A DNA stretch of 63,968 nucleotides, counting the filler, from Aduncisulcus paluster (taxonomy: Eukaryota): assembly GCA_024181965.1 (NCBI GenBank). It is 10 parts of 10 records of this genome, joined end to end, with 100 filler letters (N's around TTAATTAATTAA, not from the genome) between each part and the next. Parts side by side here need not be neighbours in the genome. Positions count along the whole stretch, not along the records: positions 1 to 2,917 come from BQXS01009718.1; positions 3,018 to 13,462 come from BQXS01009719.1; 8 more parts are not named here. The stretch is one strand, 5' to 3'. How positions within the stretch are numbered: the stretch's first letter is position 1; every line of letters starts with the position of its first letter. Under the pieces are notes generated by a model. That model saw only the letters and a program-made list of their open reading frames with translations, searched no databases and was not told the origin of the DNA. Positions 1 to 9,342 of the stretch are shown here, piece by piece. Position numbers and translations under genes: made by a program.

Positions 1-939
1 ATAGTGGATTATAAGGTGACAAAATATGCTGATAAGTTGCGGTTGAAATCTATGAATATTGTGAATATCATCGACTTCTTGGCAGAGAAGCTATTCTTCT
101 GGTTTTCTTTGCTTCTCGAATCGTTCTCACTCTTCTCTGCTCTCTGCTCGATTGATAAAAACTAATTCAGTTTATTATTTGTTTATTATTTGTTTATTTT
201 TTGTTTTCTTTCGCTTTTAATTCCTTACCAAGATGTCTTCGAACGGAATTAACAAGTTAGATCACAACTTCTTGTTCGAATCATTGGTGATCTATGACCC
301 ACCGCCCATCCAAAGTGATCGTTAACTCGTTCAGCCCAATGCGTGTTGGATCTCTGCTGTTAAGTTCTAGTTGTAGTCTATGAATATTAGTCCTTTATGT
401 TTCAAATGTTGGATAAGTTATCGGATAAGTGTTATCCATCGTCTTCCTGACTCCCGACATTTGTCAGCCATATTTGAATTATAAAGTTCTTCCTTCATGA
501 CTCCAAGCTGTTGTTATAATCCGTGAATATCATCCACTCCCTGACGAATATCCATTGTCTTGTCCCAGGTTGTTTTCTGGTGTTGTTTTGGTTGTTTATG
601 CTGCTGTTCGATGTGCAATCTTTGAGCTGTTGTTTGACTATTTGATATATTAACAAAGAAGCTTGATAATAATGACCCCATTTTGTTTATTTTATTATTT
701 CCATTTGTTTGATGGAATCCATTAGATAATACCATTTCTTGCTCCTTGAAGTCAGTATCTCTTTGTACACACACTTTATTTGATATTTCCGAAACTCATG
801 ACTTTTCAACATTTTTATCGATTCATTCAGGAATATGATTTCTTTGGAAACTTTCCACCTTCTCTATAGGCCTTCCCCAATCATGAATTACGATTTCCCA
901 AAGTCTCTTTCTAAAAATAACTGCTATTTTTTAAAAATA

Positions 940-2916
940 CTATTTAATGGTTTTATTACCCCCTTTCGTCTGTCTCGTCAGATCTCGTGATCCTTTCTTC
1001 TTTCCCTTGGATCCGTATAACGTTTTCTCCCCAGATTTCACAAATCCAAGACGAGTTTGGCCCCCTTTACAAGCGACTAGATTCAAAACGCCCTTTTCAC
1101 ATGGCTTTATCACCCGTCTTTGCCCATTTTTCATTCTTCCCGGTGTTCCAAGAACAACCAACGAAATGTCAGCGCTTAAAGACCGAGGAGTAAACGGTGT
1201 AAGAGGAGCTTCCAAAGCGAGAGATTTGTCCGATGATTCCCTAATGATGAGAGATGAATTTGGAGTCAATAGAGATTTTGATGGCGTGGAAGAATCTGAA
1301 CCAAAGAGCAAAGAAGAGGTTGAAGCTGCATTTGAAGGAGCTTCACACGTGTGGGGTTTGGATTCTACACTACATTGCTGTTGACTTTTCTTGACTTTGG
1401 GAGTTGTCATTGTGACATTCTTTCTAATTCTTTTCTTATCGCTCCCCCTTTCCTTATTGATTGGATATTGTTCTAAATTTAGATCTTGAGTAACAGATGT
1501 ATTCATAATTTGTCGTTCTCTTGATCTCACTTTTGGTCTCATAGATTCCCTTTGGCAGCGGAAGGAAGAAGAGGAAGAGGAAGATAATAATGTTGATTCA
1601 ACCATTTGTCGAAACAAATTAATGTATTCAATTTCATTCACATCCTGAATTATTGGCCAATCGATGGGTTTTAATACGATAGATAATTTCTCTGATTGGT
1701 GGCTATATTTCTTTTTCCAAACAGATATTACTTTTTCTATATCTTGATGCAAAGCTAAAGATGTTGATTTTGTTGGCAAAAGGAAGAAAATCGATAAGGA
1801 AAAATTCTTTGTTTTAGACATTACTCTTTGCACCCTTTGTTTCATAATCTCACAAACACATGATATACCAATTGCAACACAACCACACACAAAGGTCCTA
1901 AACTCCTTCTGAGAAGAGAAGGAAGAGGAAGAGGAGGAAGAAGAGGAAGAGAACATGGAATTAATCTTTGGAATATCTAACATGACACAGGAACATAATA
2001 CAATATTATTTCCATGAGTTTGTTCATGGAGAGAGTTTACAAGCCAACATTCAGAGATAATAGAACATATTTGAGGAATAAGTTTCCACATGTTTCTCAC
2101 TTTTCCAGAAATAGATTTAGTTTTTGTGCAGTGAGCTTCGACGTGATTTGAGAATATTTTTTTTGAGAAAGAAGCCGGAATACATGATATTGGAACATGA
2201 AATGATTCTGAAAAGTCACGAATAAAATGAAATGAAACCAATTCATCAATAATAATGTTTAAAAACAAATATTTTTCGTGCGAATGTTCATGAAAATGAC
2301 TGGAAATTGAAGAGATATCAGGAAGAAAGGAATCAATCGAATAAATCTCTTTCCTCCCTTTTGCTTCCCGAAATTGAAGGTTAGCTTTTGAAGCTAACTG
2401 GACATTCGATTCTTTAGGATTTTCTGCCATAATTCTATCTCTTTCTCGTCTGCTTTGCTTCTCTTCTTGCTCATCGAGTCGAATCAATATTTCTGCTTCT
2501 TCCTCTTCTTTCTTTCTCTGCCAATCAATCTCTTTTTTTTTCTGTTTTTCTTCTTGACGATGGACATTATTCATGAAAAGCTCATACAAATCACAAATCA
2601 CAATTCTCTGAGTAATTTCTCCTTCTTCTTTCTTCTCTTCTTCTTCTTCTTTTTCTCCTTGCACCAACCTTCTTATGCCATGAGATATTATTGTATTAGA
2701 AATATCCTTAATCACACACAAAGGAGGAACTCTTATCCTATCTTTCTCAAAACTAAAAATAGAACTTGTATTTGGAGAATAATTATATTTTAACCTCATA
2801 CAAATATTTTCCCCCCCCTTTTCTCCCTCTTCTTCCATTTCTCTCTTTGATTTGCCCCATTCCAGGTCAATTGGACAGATTCCACAAGATAAACACAATC
2901 CAGCAGAAGAAAGCAC
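940..2916 (-). CDS. Hypothetical protein, 5'-partial; Ser/Glu low-complexity tracts, basic C-terminus
   Basis: 658-aa ORF open to the contig edge; no recognisable motif. Confidence 0.75.
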   Translation of the reverse strand: MLSSAGLCLSCGICPIDLEWGKSKREMEEEGEKGGENICMRLKYNYSPNTSSIFSFEKDRIRVPPLCVIKDISNTIISHGIRRLVQGEKEEEEEKKEEGEITQRIVICDLYELFMNNVHRQEEKQKKKEIDWQRKKEEEEAEILIRLDEQEEKQSRRERDRIMAENPKESNVQLASKANLQFREAKGRKEIYSIDSFLPDISSISSHFHEHSHEKYLFLNIIIDELVSFHFIRDFSESFHVPISCIPASFSKKIFSNHVEAHCTKTKSISGKVRNMWKLIPQICSIISECWLVNSLHEQTHGNNIVLCSCVMLDIPKINSMFSSSSSSSSSSFSSQKEFRTFVCGCVAIGISCVCEIMKQRVQRVMSKTKNFSLSIFFLLPTKSTSLALHQDIEKVISVWKKKYSHQSEKLSIVLKPIDWPIIQDVNEIEYINLFRQMVESTLLSSSSSSSFRCQRESMRPKVRSRERQIMNTSVTQDLNLEQYPINKERGSDKKRIRKNVTMTTPKVKKSQQQCSVESKPHTCEAPSNAASTSSLLFGSDSSTPSKSLLTPNSSLIIRESSDKSLALEAPLTPFTPRSLSADISLVVLGTPGRMKNGQRRVIKPCEKGVLNLVACKGGQTRLGFVKSGEKTLYGSKGKKKGSRDLTRQTKGGNKTIK

Positions 2917-2917
2917 C

Positions 2918-3017
2918 NNNNNNNNNNNNNNNNNNNNNNNNNNNNNNNNNNNNNNNNNNNNTTAATTAATTAANNNNNNNNNNNNNNNNNNNNNNNNNNN
3001 NNNNNNNNNNNNNNNNN
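2918..3017. other. Artificial contig linker (N44-TTAATTAATTAA-N44); also at 13463-13562, 19817-19916, 27252-27351, 41348-41447, 44469-44568, 48194-48293, 59256-59355, 62824-62923
   Basis: Identical 100-bp N-flanked stop spacer occurring nine times. Confidence 0.98.
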
Positions 3018-6000
3018 ACAGGAAGTGGAAGTAGATCTCCAGCCTCTTCCTCTTCCTCTTCCTCTTCCTCTTCCTCTTGCTCTTCCTCGACTATGTCAGA
3101 CTCTATTGACTTGGCAAAGGTTCTTTTACGATCCATCCAAACAATATTTTCAACATTTAAAGAGCAGAATAGGAGAGCATTCTCTGCCGATAGACCCCAG
3201 GACATTCCCAATACTCTTCTATTCGAGCGAGTCTCAATCACTCACTCAGCTGTCCTGATGTTCAGTTCCATTCTTAATGTGGATCCTATTCGTAAAGCCC
3301 TTACTCCTTCACCGATCTCTGATGTATTTACTCCCTGCGTTGAATGTTGTGTGAGACAACTCTGTGCGTCTGGGCGAGAAGAGAAATTACTATGGGGAGA
3401 CAAATCCCTGATCGAAAGAGAATCCGGTGCGAATGAAGAGGACGCTGGTACAACACGACAGAGTGCTGAAAGCCTCTTGATGATGCTGAGTGAGTACTTC
3501 TTTGAAGAGAGTGTACGCGAAGTGATTCGTCATGTTGAAGAGATTCTTAGTGGTGTGAGTTCCCTTATTCACAGAGATCCATCCATGACCGTTATTCCCG
3601 ATGATAGAATACCATTGGTCGAGTCTTGTCTTATATCACTCTCGCTGTATACCCTCGATATCGAGCCAGAGGATGTCGTGTCAATGATTTCTGTCCTCCT
3701 CAAGATATCATCCGGACTTGTGGCTCATCCTTTGTGTGCTATTGCTATACAGAGAGTGATGGAACAAAGTATGTCGGTCGTTGGACTTGGATCTAACGAA
3801 TCCCTATGTGAGACATCTGGTAGAGATATTCAGAATTCCCACGACGCTAGACTCACCCTGCTTATATCTCTCCTCTCCCATCCTTCTCTCTCTGTTGCTC
3901 TTAGTTGTGTTTCCACCATTACAAGAATTCTTAAGGAATATTCCAGTTGTGGTGATATGTCCCTCGCTTCCTGTCTCCCGTCTCTTACTCTGAAACTAAG
4001 GGAGGTTATGTTAAGGGTTGTGGCATGTTGTTCAGGTGGAAACGTTGAGACACTCATACATAACGCTTGGCGTGAGGATAGGATTGAGATGCCTGCAGAT
4101 GACAACATTGGGGGTAAAAGAGGTGAGATAATTTCAATGATGGTGAAATCCTTGAGTACTGCTACAGAAGGAACCTCTGCATCTAAGGAGGAACTTGAGA
4201 GAAAAGCAACTATCTTGGCATTGATATCTTCATCAAATGTTTCCCTCATGCAGAAGTTATGCCACCATTTGACTTCTGACGGTGTAGATATCCCTAATCC
4301 TCCTGATGAGATCATTGATGATTATTCGTCTCCTTTGGCCACAGATCTCGATTACACATGTTCCTGTATTCTTGAGTGTCTTGCCATGGCCTGTGCTTCA
4401 TGTGGTGATACGATCTGTGTAGGATCAGAGTCCTCCTCTTCTATCTTTCAAATATCGATAACTCCACTATTACTGCTCTTGTTATCTGTGACATATGCTT
4501 GTGTTCAGGATGAGGCTCTTCTATGTGTCGGAGCTTTTCTCCAAACTCTTTGTGAGGCCATTCGATCAGTTGGAAGCGTTGGAGTAACCCTTTTTGAAGC
4601 AATCCAACCTATACTTCTAAGTATCATGAAATCTTCTAGTGTGTCAGGAGGGAGTTCTTCATCAAGTACTAGAGGGAGCAAGAAAGCTTTCATATCCTCT
4701 TCATCATCGGATTCTGATTCATCCGCTTCCTCTCGAACTCCTTCAGACTCGGACCCAGACTACTTTTCATCGTCCTCTCTTATCTATGATCTTCTTTCTT
4801 TCCTCAATGTCTTAACTTTACATCTCACACCGACCACCCTTCCTCTATTGTCTCCATTCGTTCCCCTATTGACTTCTGTTGACTGTATGGTTAATCCAAA
4901 AATAGGTCTTGAGTATGTTAAATATGTTGAGAATGTTTTCTTGCTTGACCCAATGGACATGGTCCAGCATATTTCAGAACCTCTCTGTGCTTCCCTTACT
5001 CGTGTTTTGAAAGAAGGCGATGAGAGAATGAGATTAAGGGTATGCATGTTGCTTGAAAGAGTTTGTGAATGTGTTGTGTTCCCGTGGCGACAACAAGAAT
5101 GGTTATCAAGTGAACAACAAACTTCTTCTTCCTCTTCTCGCTCTCTGGTATCAACTCTGAAGGATTTAAATAGACACAATACCGAAGAAAAGATTCATTC
5201 GATTTCAATTTCATTGTTTTCGAACTGGAGAGTTTGCTTTTTTTCCTTGTTCAATTCTTTTTTCTTCCAACGATGCAAGAATGTCATTGAAAAAGAAAGG
5301 ATGAGTGAAATTGTATGCAAATTCTCAATATTTATTCCAGAAGTCCTAAAAGAATACATACATTTATGTGTTCAGAGCTTTCATGCGTGCGAACAGCTCC
5401 TATCCTATTCTAATATTAAAGCCGTGTGGAAATCTATTCACGATCAATCGCAACAATCTTCTTCCTCTTCTTCCTCTTCCTCTTCTTCCTCACCTTCATC
5501 TCATCCCGGGTCAGTTTCTTCTCATGGTGCTAAAAATAGCCTCTTCAAGAAGAAGAAAGAGATGCAACTTGAAGTCAATGAGAAGTTATCTTCCCTTGAC
5601 TTGGTTAGTAAGAGTTTACCTTCACATTTAGATTTTGTCTTTCTGTTTTCTTCTTCATTTCCTTCATTGCCACTTCCAGATTCGATGCCTCCTTCCACTC
5701 TTCTATTGCTTGTTCTGTATTCATTCATTTCTAACGTGTGTTCCTCTCTTTCTGAAGCTTTGTTAACTTCTCGGCGACTCTCACACTGCATATCGTTGAT
5801 ATTAGTCTGCGGTGGGGCCTGGAAACGCTCAGGTCTCGTGACTTTGGATGAAATTCAGAGACATTCGAAAGACATTGAAGTTATTATGCGTCGAATGTCT
5901 TCTTATTCCTTCCATCATGAGGGAATCTCTCTCTCTGATCTGCCGTGTTATCTTCTGACGTTTTCTGATGATTCCCTCTTCACCTCTCTCCCTTCGCTAC

Positions 6001-6308
6001 TCCTGAGTGATGATAGATTCCTGTGGAAAAAAGTATGTCTGCATGTCTCTTGCGCTCTCCAAGATTTATCCGAACATCTGGCAGAGATGGAGACTATTCA
6101 CAGTCATGGTCACTCTTCGGTGTCTTCAACTTCATTGTTATATAGAGCTCGGCTTCAACAAGCGATGTTCGATTGGAATGTCACAGCAGCAGAAATGAAG
6201 GAATGCATTGTTATTTGGGATATGCTCATGGCTGTGATATCTACCTGCAAAGAAGAACATATCAAGACAGATACAGCAGATATCCTTAAAGGAATTAAAT
6301 ATATCTAA
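3018..6308 (+). CDS. HEAT/ARM-repeat protein, importin-beta (karyopherin)-like, probably 5'-partial
   Basis: Frame is open from the contig edge; Leu-rich helical repeats; EEDAGTTRQSAESLLMMLSEYF resembles the acidic loop plus R-x-x-A-x-x-LL helix of importin-9/11-type karyopherins. Confidence 0.55.
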   Translation, partial: TGSGSRSPASSSSSSSSSSSCSSSTMSDSIDLAKVLLRSIQTIFSTFKEQNRRAFSADRPQDIPNTLLFERVSITHSAVLMFSSILNVDPIRKALTPSPISDVFTPCVECCVRQLCASGREEKLLWGDKSLIERESGANEEDAGTTRQSAESLLMMLSEYFFEESVREVIRHVEEILSGVSSLIHRDPSMTVIPDDRIPLVESCLISLSLYTLDIEPEDVVSMISVLLKISSGLVAHPLCAIAIQRVMEQSMSVVGLGSNESLCETSGRDIQNSHDARLTLLISLLSHPSLSVALSCVSTITRILKEYSSCGDMSLASCLPSLTLKLREVMLRVVACCSGGNVETLIHNAWREDRIEMPADDNIGGKRGEIISMMVKSLSTATEGTSASKEELERKATILALISSSNVSLMQKLCHHLTSDGVDIPNPPDEIIDDYSSPLATDLDYTCSCILECLAMACASCGDTICVGSESSSSIFQISITPLLLLLLSVTYACVQDEALLCVGAFLQTLCEAIRSVGSVGVTLFEAIQPILLSIMKSSSVSGGSSSSSTRGSKKAFISSSSSDSDSSASSRTPSDSDPDYFSSSSLIYDLLSFLNVLTLHLTPTTLPLLSPFVPLLTSVDCMVNPKIGLEYVKYVENVFLLDPMDMVQHISEPLCASLTRVLKEGDERMRLRVCMLLERVCECVVFPWRQQEWLSSEQQTSSSSSRSLVSTLKDLNRHNTEEKIHSISISLFSNWRVCFFSLFNSFFFQRCKNVIEKERMSEIVCKFSIFIPEVLKEYIHLCVQSFHACEQLLSYSNIKAVWKSIHDQSQQSSSSSSSSSSSSPSSHPGSVSSHGAKNSLFKKKKEMQLEVNEKLSSLDLVSKSLPSHLDFVFLFSSSFPSLPLPDSMPPSTLLLLVLYSFISNVCSSLSEALLTSRRLSHCISLILVCGGAWKRSGLVTLDEIQRHSKDIEVIMRRMSSYSFHHEGISLSDLPCYLLTFSDDSLFTSLPSLLLSDDRFLWKKVCLHVSCALQDLSEHLAEMETIHSHGHSSVSSTSLLYRARLQQAMFDWNVTAAEMKECIVIWDMLMAVISTCKEEHIKTDTADILKGIKYI

Positions 6309-7044
6309 TTATAGATCAATATCTTGAGAAAGTATGGATGCATGTATATAGTGGTTATAATATCTATATTCTACCATAAACCACATGCACCTGTTCAAAA
6401 GTGAAAATGTTTTCCCATCACCTTAACTTTATTATCTCAATCTCCTATATTCCGATTTAGTTGTCAACAAAGGCTTTCCAATGAGGTCCCCTCTCACTCA
6501 CAATGAGTATCTAGGTTATCCCTCAAAGGTAGACCGATGTTGTCATGATTCGTTTTGAGTGCACTAGATCGTGGGATGGTGACGACAGATGTTGGTTATC
6601 ATATTGAATTAACTGACATCAAAAACAGATCAATATACTCGTTACCTCAAGTTTTCCTCACCAATTTCATCTTGCTTCTTTGATTTCTTTGCCCTTCACA
6701 GTGTATTCAGTAAAGTTGATTTTTCGTCGAAGCCGATCCATTACAATAATCTTGATGCATTTCTATTGTTTGAAAGTTATCAGAATTATTCATATCACAT
6801 TGTATTTTTTCCAGGTACTATCTCAAAACGGCTACAACACATAATTTCATTATTTGGCACGGCTCATTGACAACAAACAAATATTATTCCATTTTACTTT
6901 CATTATATTCAACATTATTGGTAATAATTCAATTAAAATATCTGTGATATCAGCATAAACGTGATAAATACTATCATGAATAATATTCCCTTGTTTGCAC
7001 AACTTGTGAAAATCCTGTTTATTTTCTTCTCGTTATTATCACTC

Positions 7045-8466
7045 ATGACCACATATTATCGTAATTCATTCTTATTTTCATTTGTCGTATTCTGTTTATT
7101 TGGCTGTATTTTCTCCTCTACAACAGGTTTTGTTGAGTTCATGAATGGTGTTGTGGACGAATCATTGATTAATGAGAATTCTTTTCCCCTTGAATGCAAG
7201 ATTACCTCTTCTAAGCGTGTTTACATTGGACATTGTATCTCGACTCCTTCTCGTGATTGTGATGCTTCTGATGTTTCTTCATGGACTATTTATGATCCAA
7301 ACACAACTGTGAACATAGCTGATGCTTCTAATTCCATCGTTTCCGACTATTCCATTGATATTGCAGATGTTCTCGGTATAGATTCCCTTGGCATAGAAGA
7401 TACCGTATTTTCTGTTGATTTCTATGCGAATTATGGTTGTGAACCTGGAAGCATAGAAGATGAAACCACTTCTCTCCATTGTGTTACGAGTTCTGCACTA
7501 TTTGATTCCTATTCATTCGTCTTCTCTCCTCCTTCCCATTCAGACAATACGATCCGTCTGAAAAAGATGGGAATTAACCCAAAAGTTGGACCAAATGAAG
7601 AAGATTATACCACTTACACTGTTTCTGGAACACTCTGGGGATATATTGCCGAGGCGTCCGGCGTAATCCTTCTCATCCTTCTTATGGTTGGATCCAAAGA
7701 AGGCAAGAATGACATTCCTCCAAATGTGTACTATTTTGTTGGACTCCTTGGCATTGCTATATTAATGGGTAATGTAATAAGACTATATTTAATTGTTTGT
7801 GAGGTAAAATGGCTTTTGGGAGCTGACATTAATGACGACGAATGGGATGGTGTTTCAGAGTTCTTGGATAACCATACACTATGCGATGTCTTTGCATTCC
7901 TTGCTTTTATTATCTTATTTATTGTTCTATCGGTCAACTATAGCGGAGATGAGAATGGTCCAGAAGCAAAGATTAAGTTTGGAGGTTTTCTCTTCTTGGT
8001 GGGCGCTTGGGCTCTTTCTATTATCATTTTTCTCCCTGAATTGGATGCAGGAAGTGGCAGTGAAGATAATACCGGTTGGACATCGGAGTATTATGCACAC
8101 GAATATTATCCTTATGATAGGTTCTGGTTCATTCGAGTATTTTGTCTTCCTGTTGCAGTCAGTTTCGGGGGATTTGGATTTGGCATAGTTATCTCGTACA
8201 GGATGATTGGTAATGATATACCTAATTGTAACAATTGTTCTTTCTCTGTCTTTGTCACATGTGTGGGGTTAACTATTTCTATCATTGGTGCACAACTTTC
8301 ATCTGTGGAACCAGATGAGGATGGAAACCCAAAATGGACATTCTATTTGTATGGTGGACTTGCCGCTTTTGCAATTGGTTTAGGATTAATGGTCTGTGGC
8401 TGCTGCGGAGCTAAAAAATCAAAGTCAGGAAGTGGGGGTATTCAAATGACACCTTCTAGAAAGTAA
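7045..8466 (+). CDS. Orphan membrane protein: signal peptide, Cys-containing ectodomain, 7 TM helices
   Basis: Hydrophobic N-terminus (FLFSFVVFCLFGCIFS), seven hydrophobic segments, CGCC plus basic tail; alternative ATG at 6976. Confidence 0.75.
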   Translation: MTTYYRNSFLFSFVVFCLFGCIFSSTTGFVEFMNGVVDESLINENSFPLECKITSSKRVYIGHCISTPSRDCDASDVSSWTIYDPNTTVNIADASNSIVSDYSIDIADVLGIDSLGIEDTVFSVDFYANYGCEPGSIEDETTSLHCVTSSALFDSYSFVFSPPSHSDNTIRLKKMGINPKVGPNEEDYTTYTVSGTLWGYIAEASGVILLILLMVGSKEGKNDIPPNVYYFVGLLGIAILMGNVIRLYLIVCEVKWLLGADINDDEWDGVSEFLDNHTLCDVFAFLAFIILFIVLSVNYSGDENGPEAKIKFGGFLFLVGAWALSIIIFLPELDAGSGSEDNTGWTSEYYAHEYYPYDRFWFIRVFCLPVAVSFGGFGFGIVISYRMIGNDIPNCNNCSFSVFVTCVGLTISIIGAQLSSVEPDEDGNPKWTFYLYGGLAAFAIGLGLMVCGCCGAKKSKSGSGGIQMTPSRK

Positions 8467-9342
8467 CTTGAAGAGAGAATTATTTCCATCAGATATCGAT
8501 CACGCGGGATAGGCATAAGTAATGACTTAAATCGTTGTTCTTTGTATCGTGTAGAACTTTGACTTGTTGTCATTTGTGGAATGACTGTTGTTATTTTGTA
8601 TTTCTTGTTGAATCTAGTAAATGAAACAAAAATAGACCACGGATCTGGAGCCTTCAGATGATCTCGGAGATCAAAATACTTTTGAAACTGGGTTTTGAGA
8701 TCATCCGATGATCTCATCGAGACTCGGAGTCTCGCTATTTTCTTTGATCCAAAAAAACCTTGTTGAATATCAAGATATAAAATAATATTTATTTTAAGCT
8801 AAACATAAAATTTCCTCGAATTAATGAAATCTGACCTATATATTCTGGCAAAATGTCGTTTTACAATTTAACGCTTTATTCTTCTCACTATTTAGGTTCT
8901 TAGAGGTCTCCTCTTGGTGACTTCCCAGTGGGTGATCCAGGTATACCTGTCTCCTCTCAACCTCCACCCCAGGTCAATCAAACTTATCTACGCCAAAAAA
9001 AAAAAAAAAAATTCGAGTGTTTTTGCCCACATTCTGTCAAAAAACTTCTTTGAAACTACTTTCTCTTCGTTATATTATCAAATAATTTTATCTTTTGGCC
9101 AAATTAGTATGTGATTTTCAAATATTGATGGTTGACAACATTATTTCTCAGAAATTCTGTAGAACCTAATTTTCTTGACAAAAATAATGTGAATACGTTG
9201 AAAATTTAATACATATCTGATAATCATTTTTATATTTTTTCTTTCGTCCTATTATTGCTCGATTGGATTTTCCAATATTGTTGTTTGTTTTCCTCAAAGC
9301 AAAGCTGAAAAGAATTTTTGCTGAAACAAATTTTTCTTCCAA

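Noticed and set aside
514-774. 86-aa ORF
   Set aside because: Non-ATG start, no motif, no other support
2962-2973. Recurrent TTAATTAATTAA palindrome
   Set aside because: Synthetic linker between contigs
8995-9010. Poly-A run as retroposon tail
   Set aside because: No TSD or element body identified
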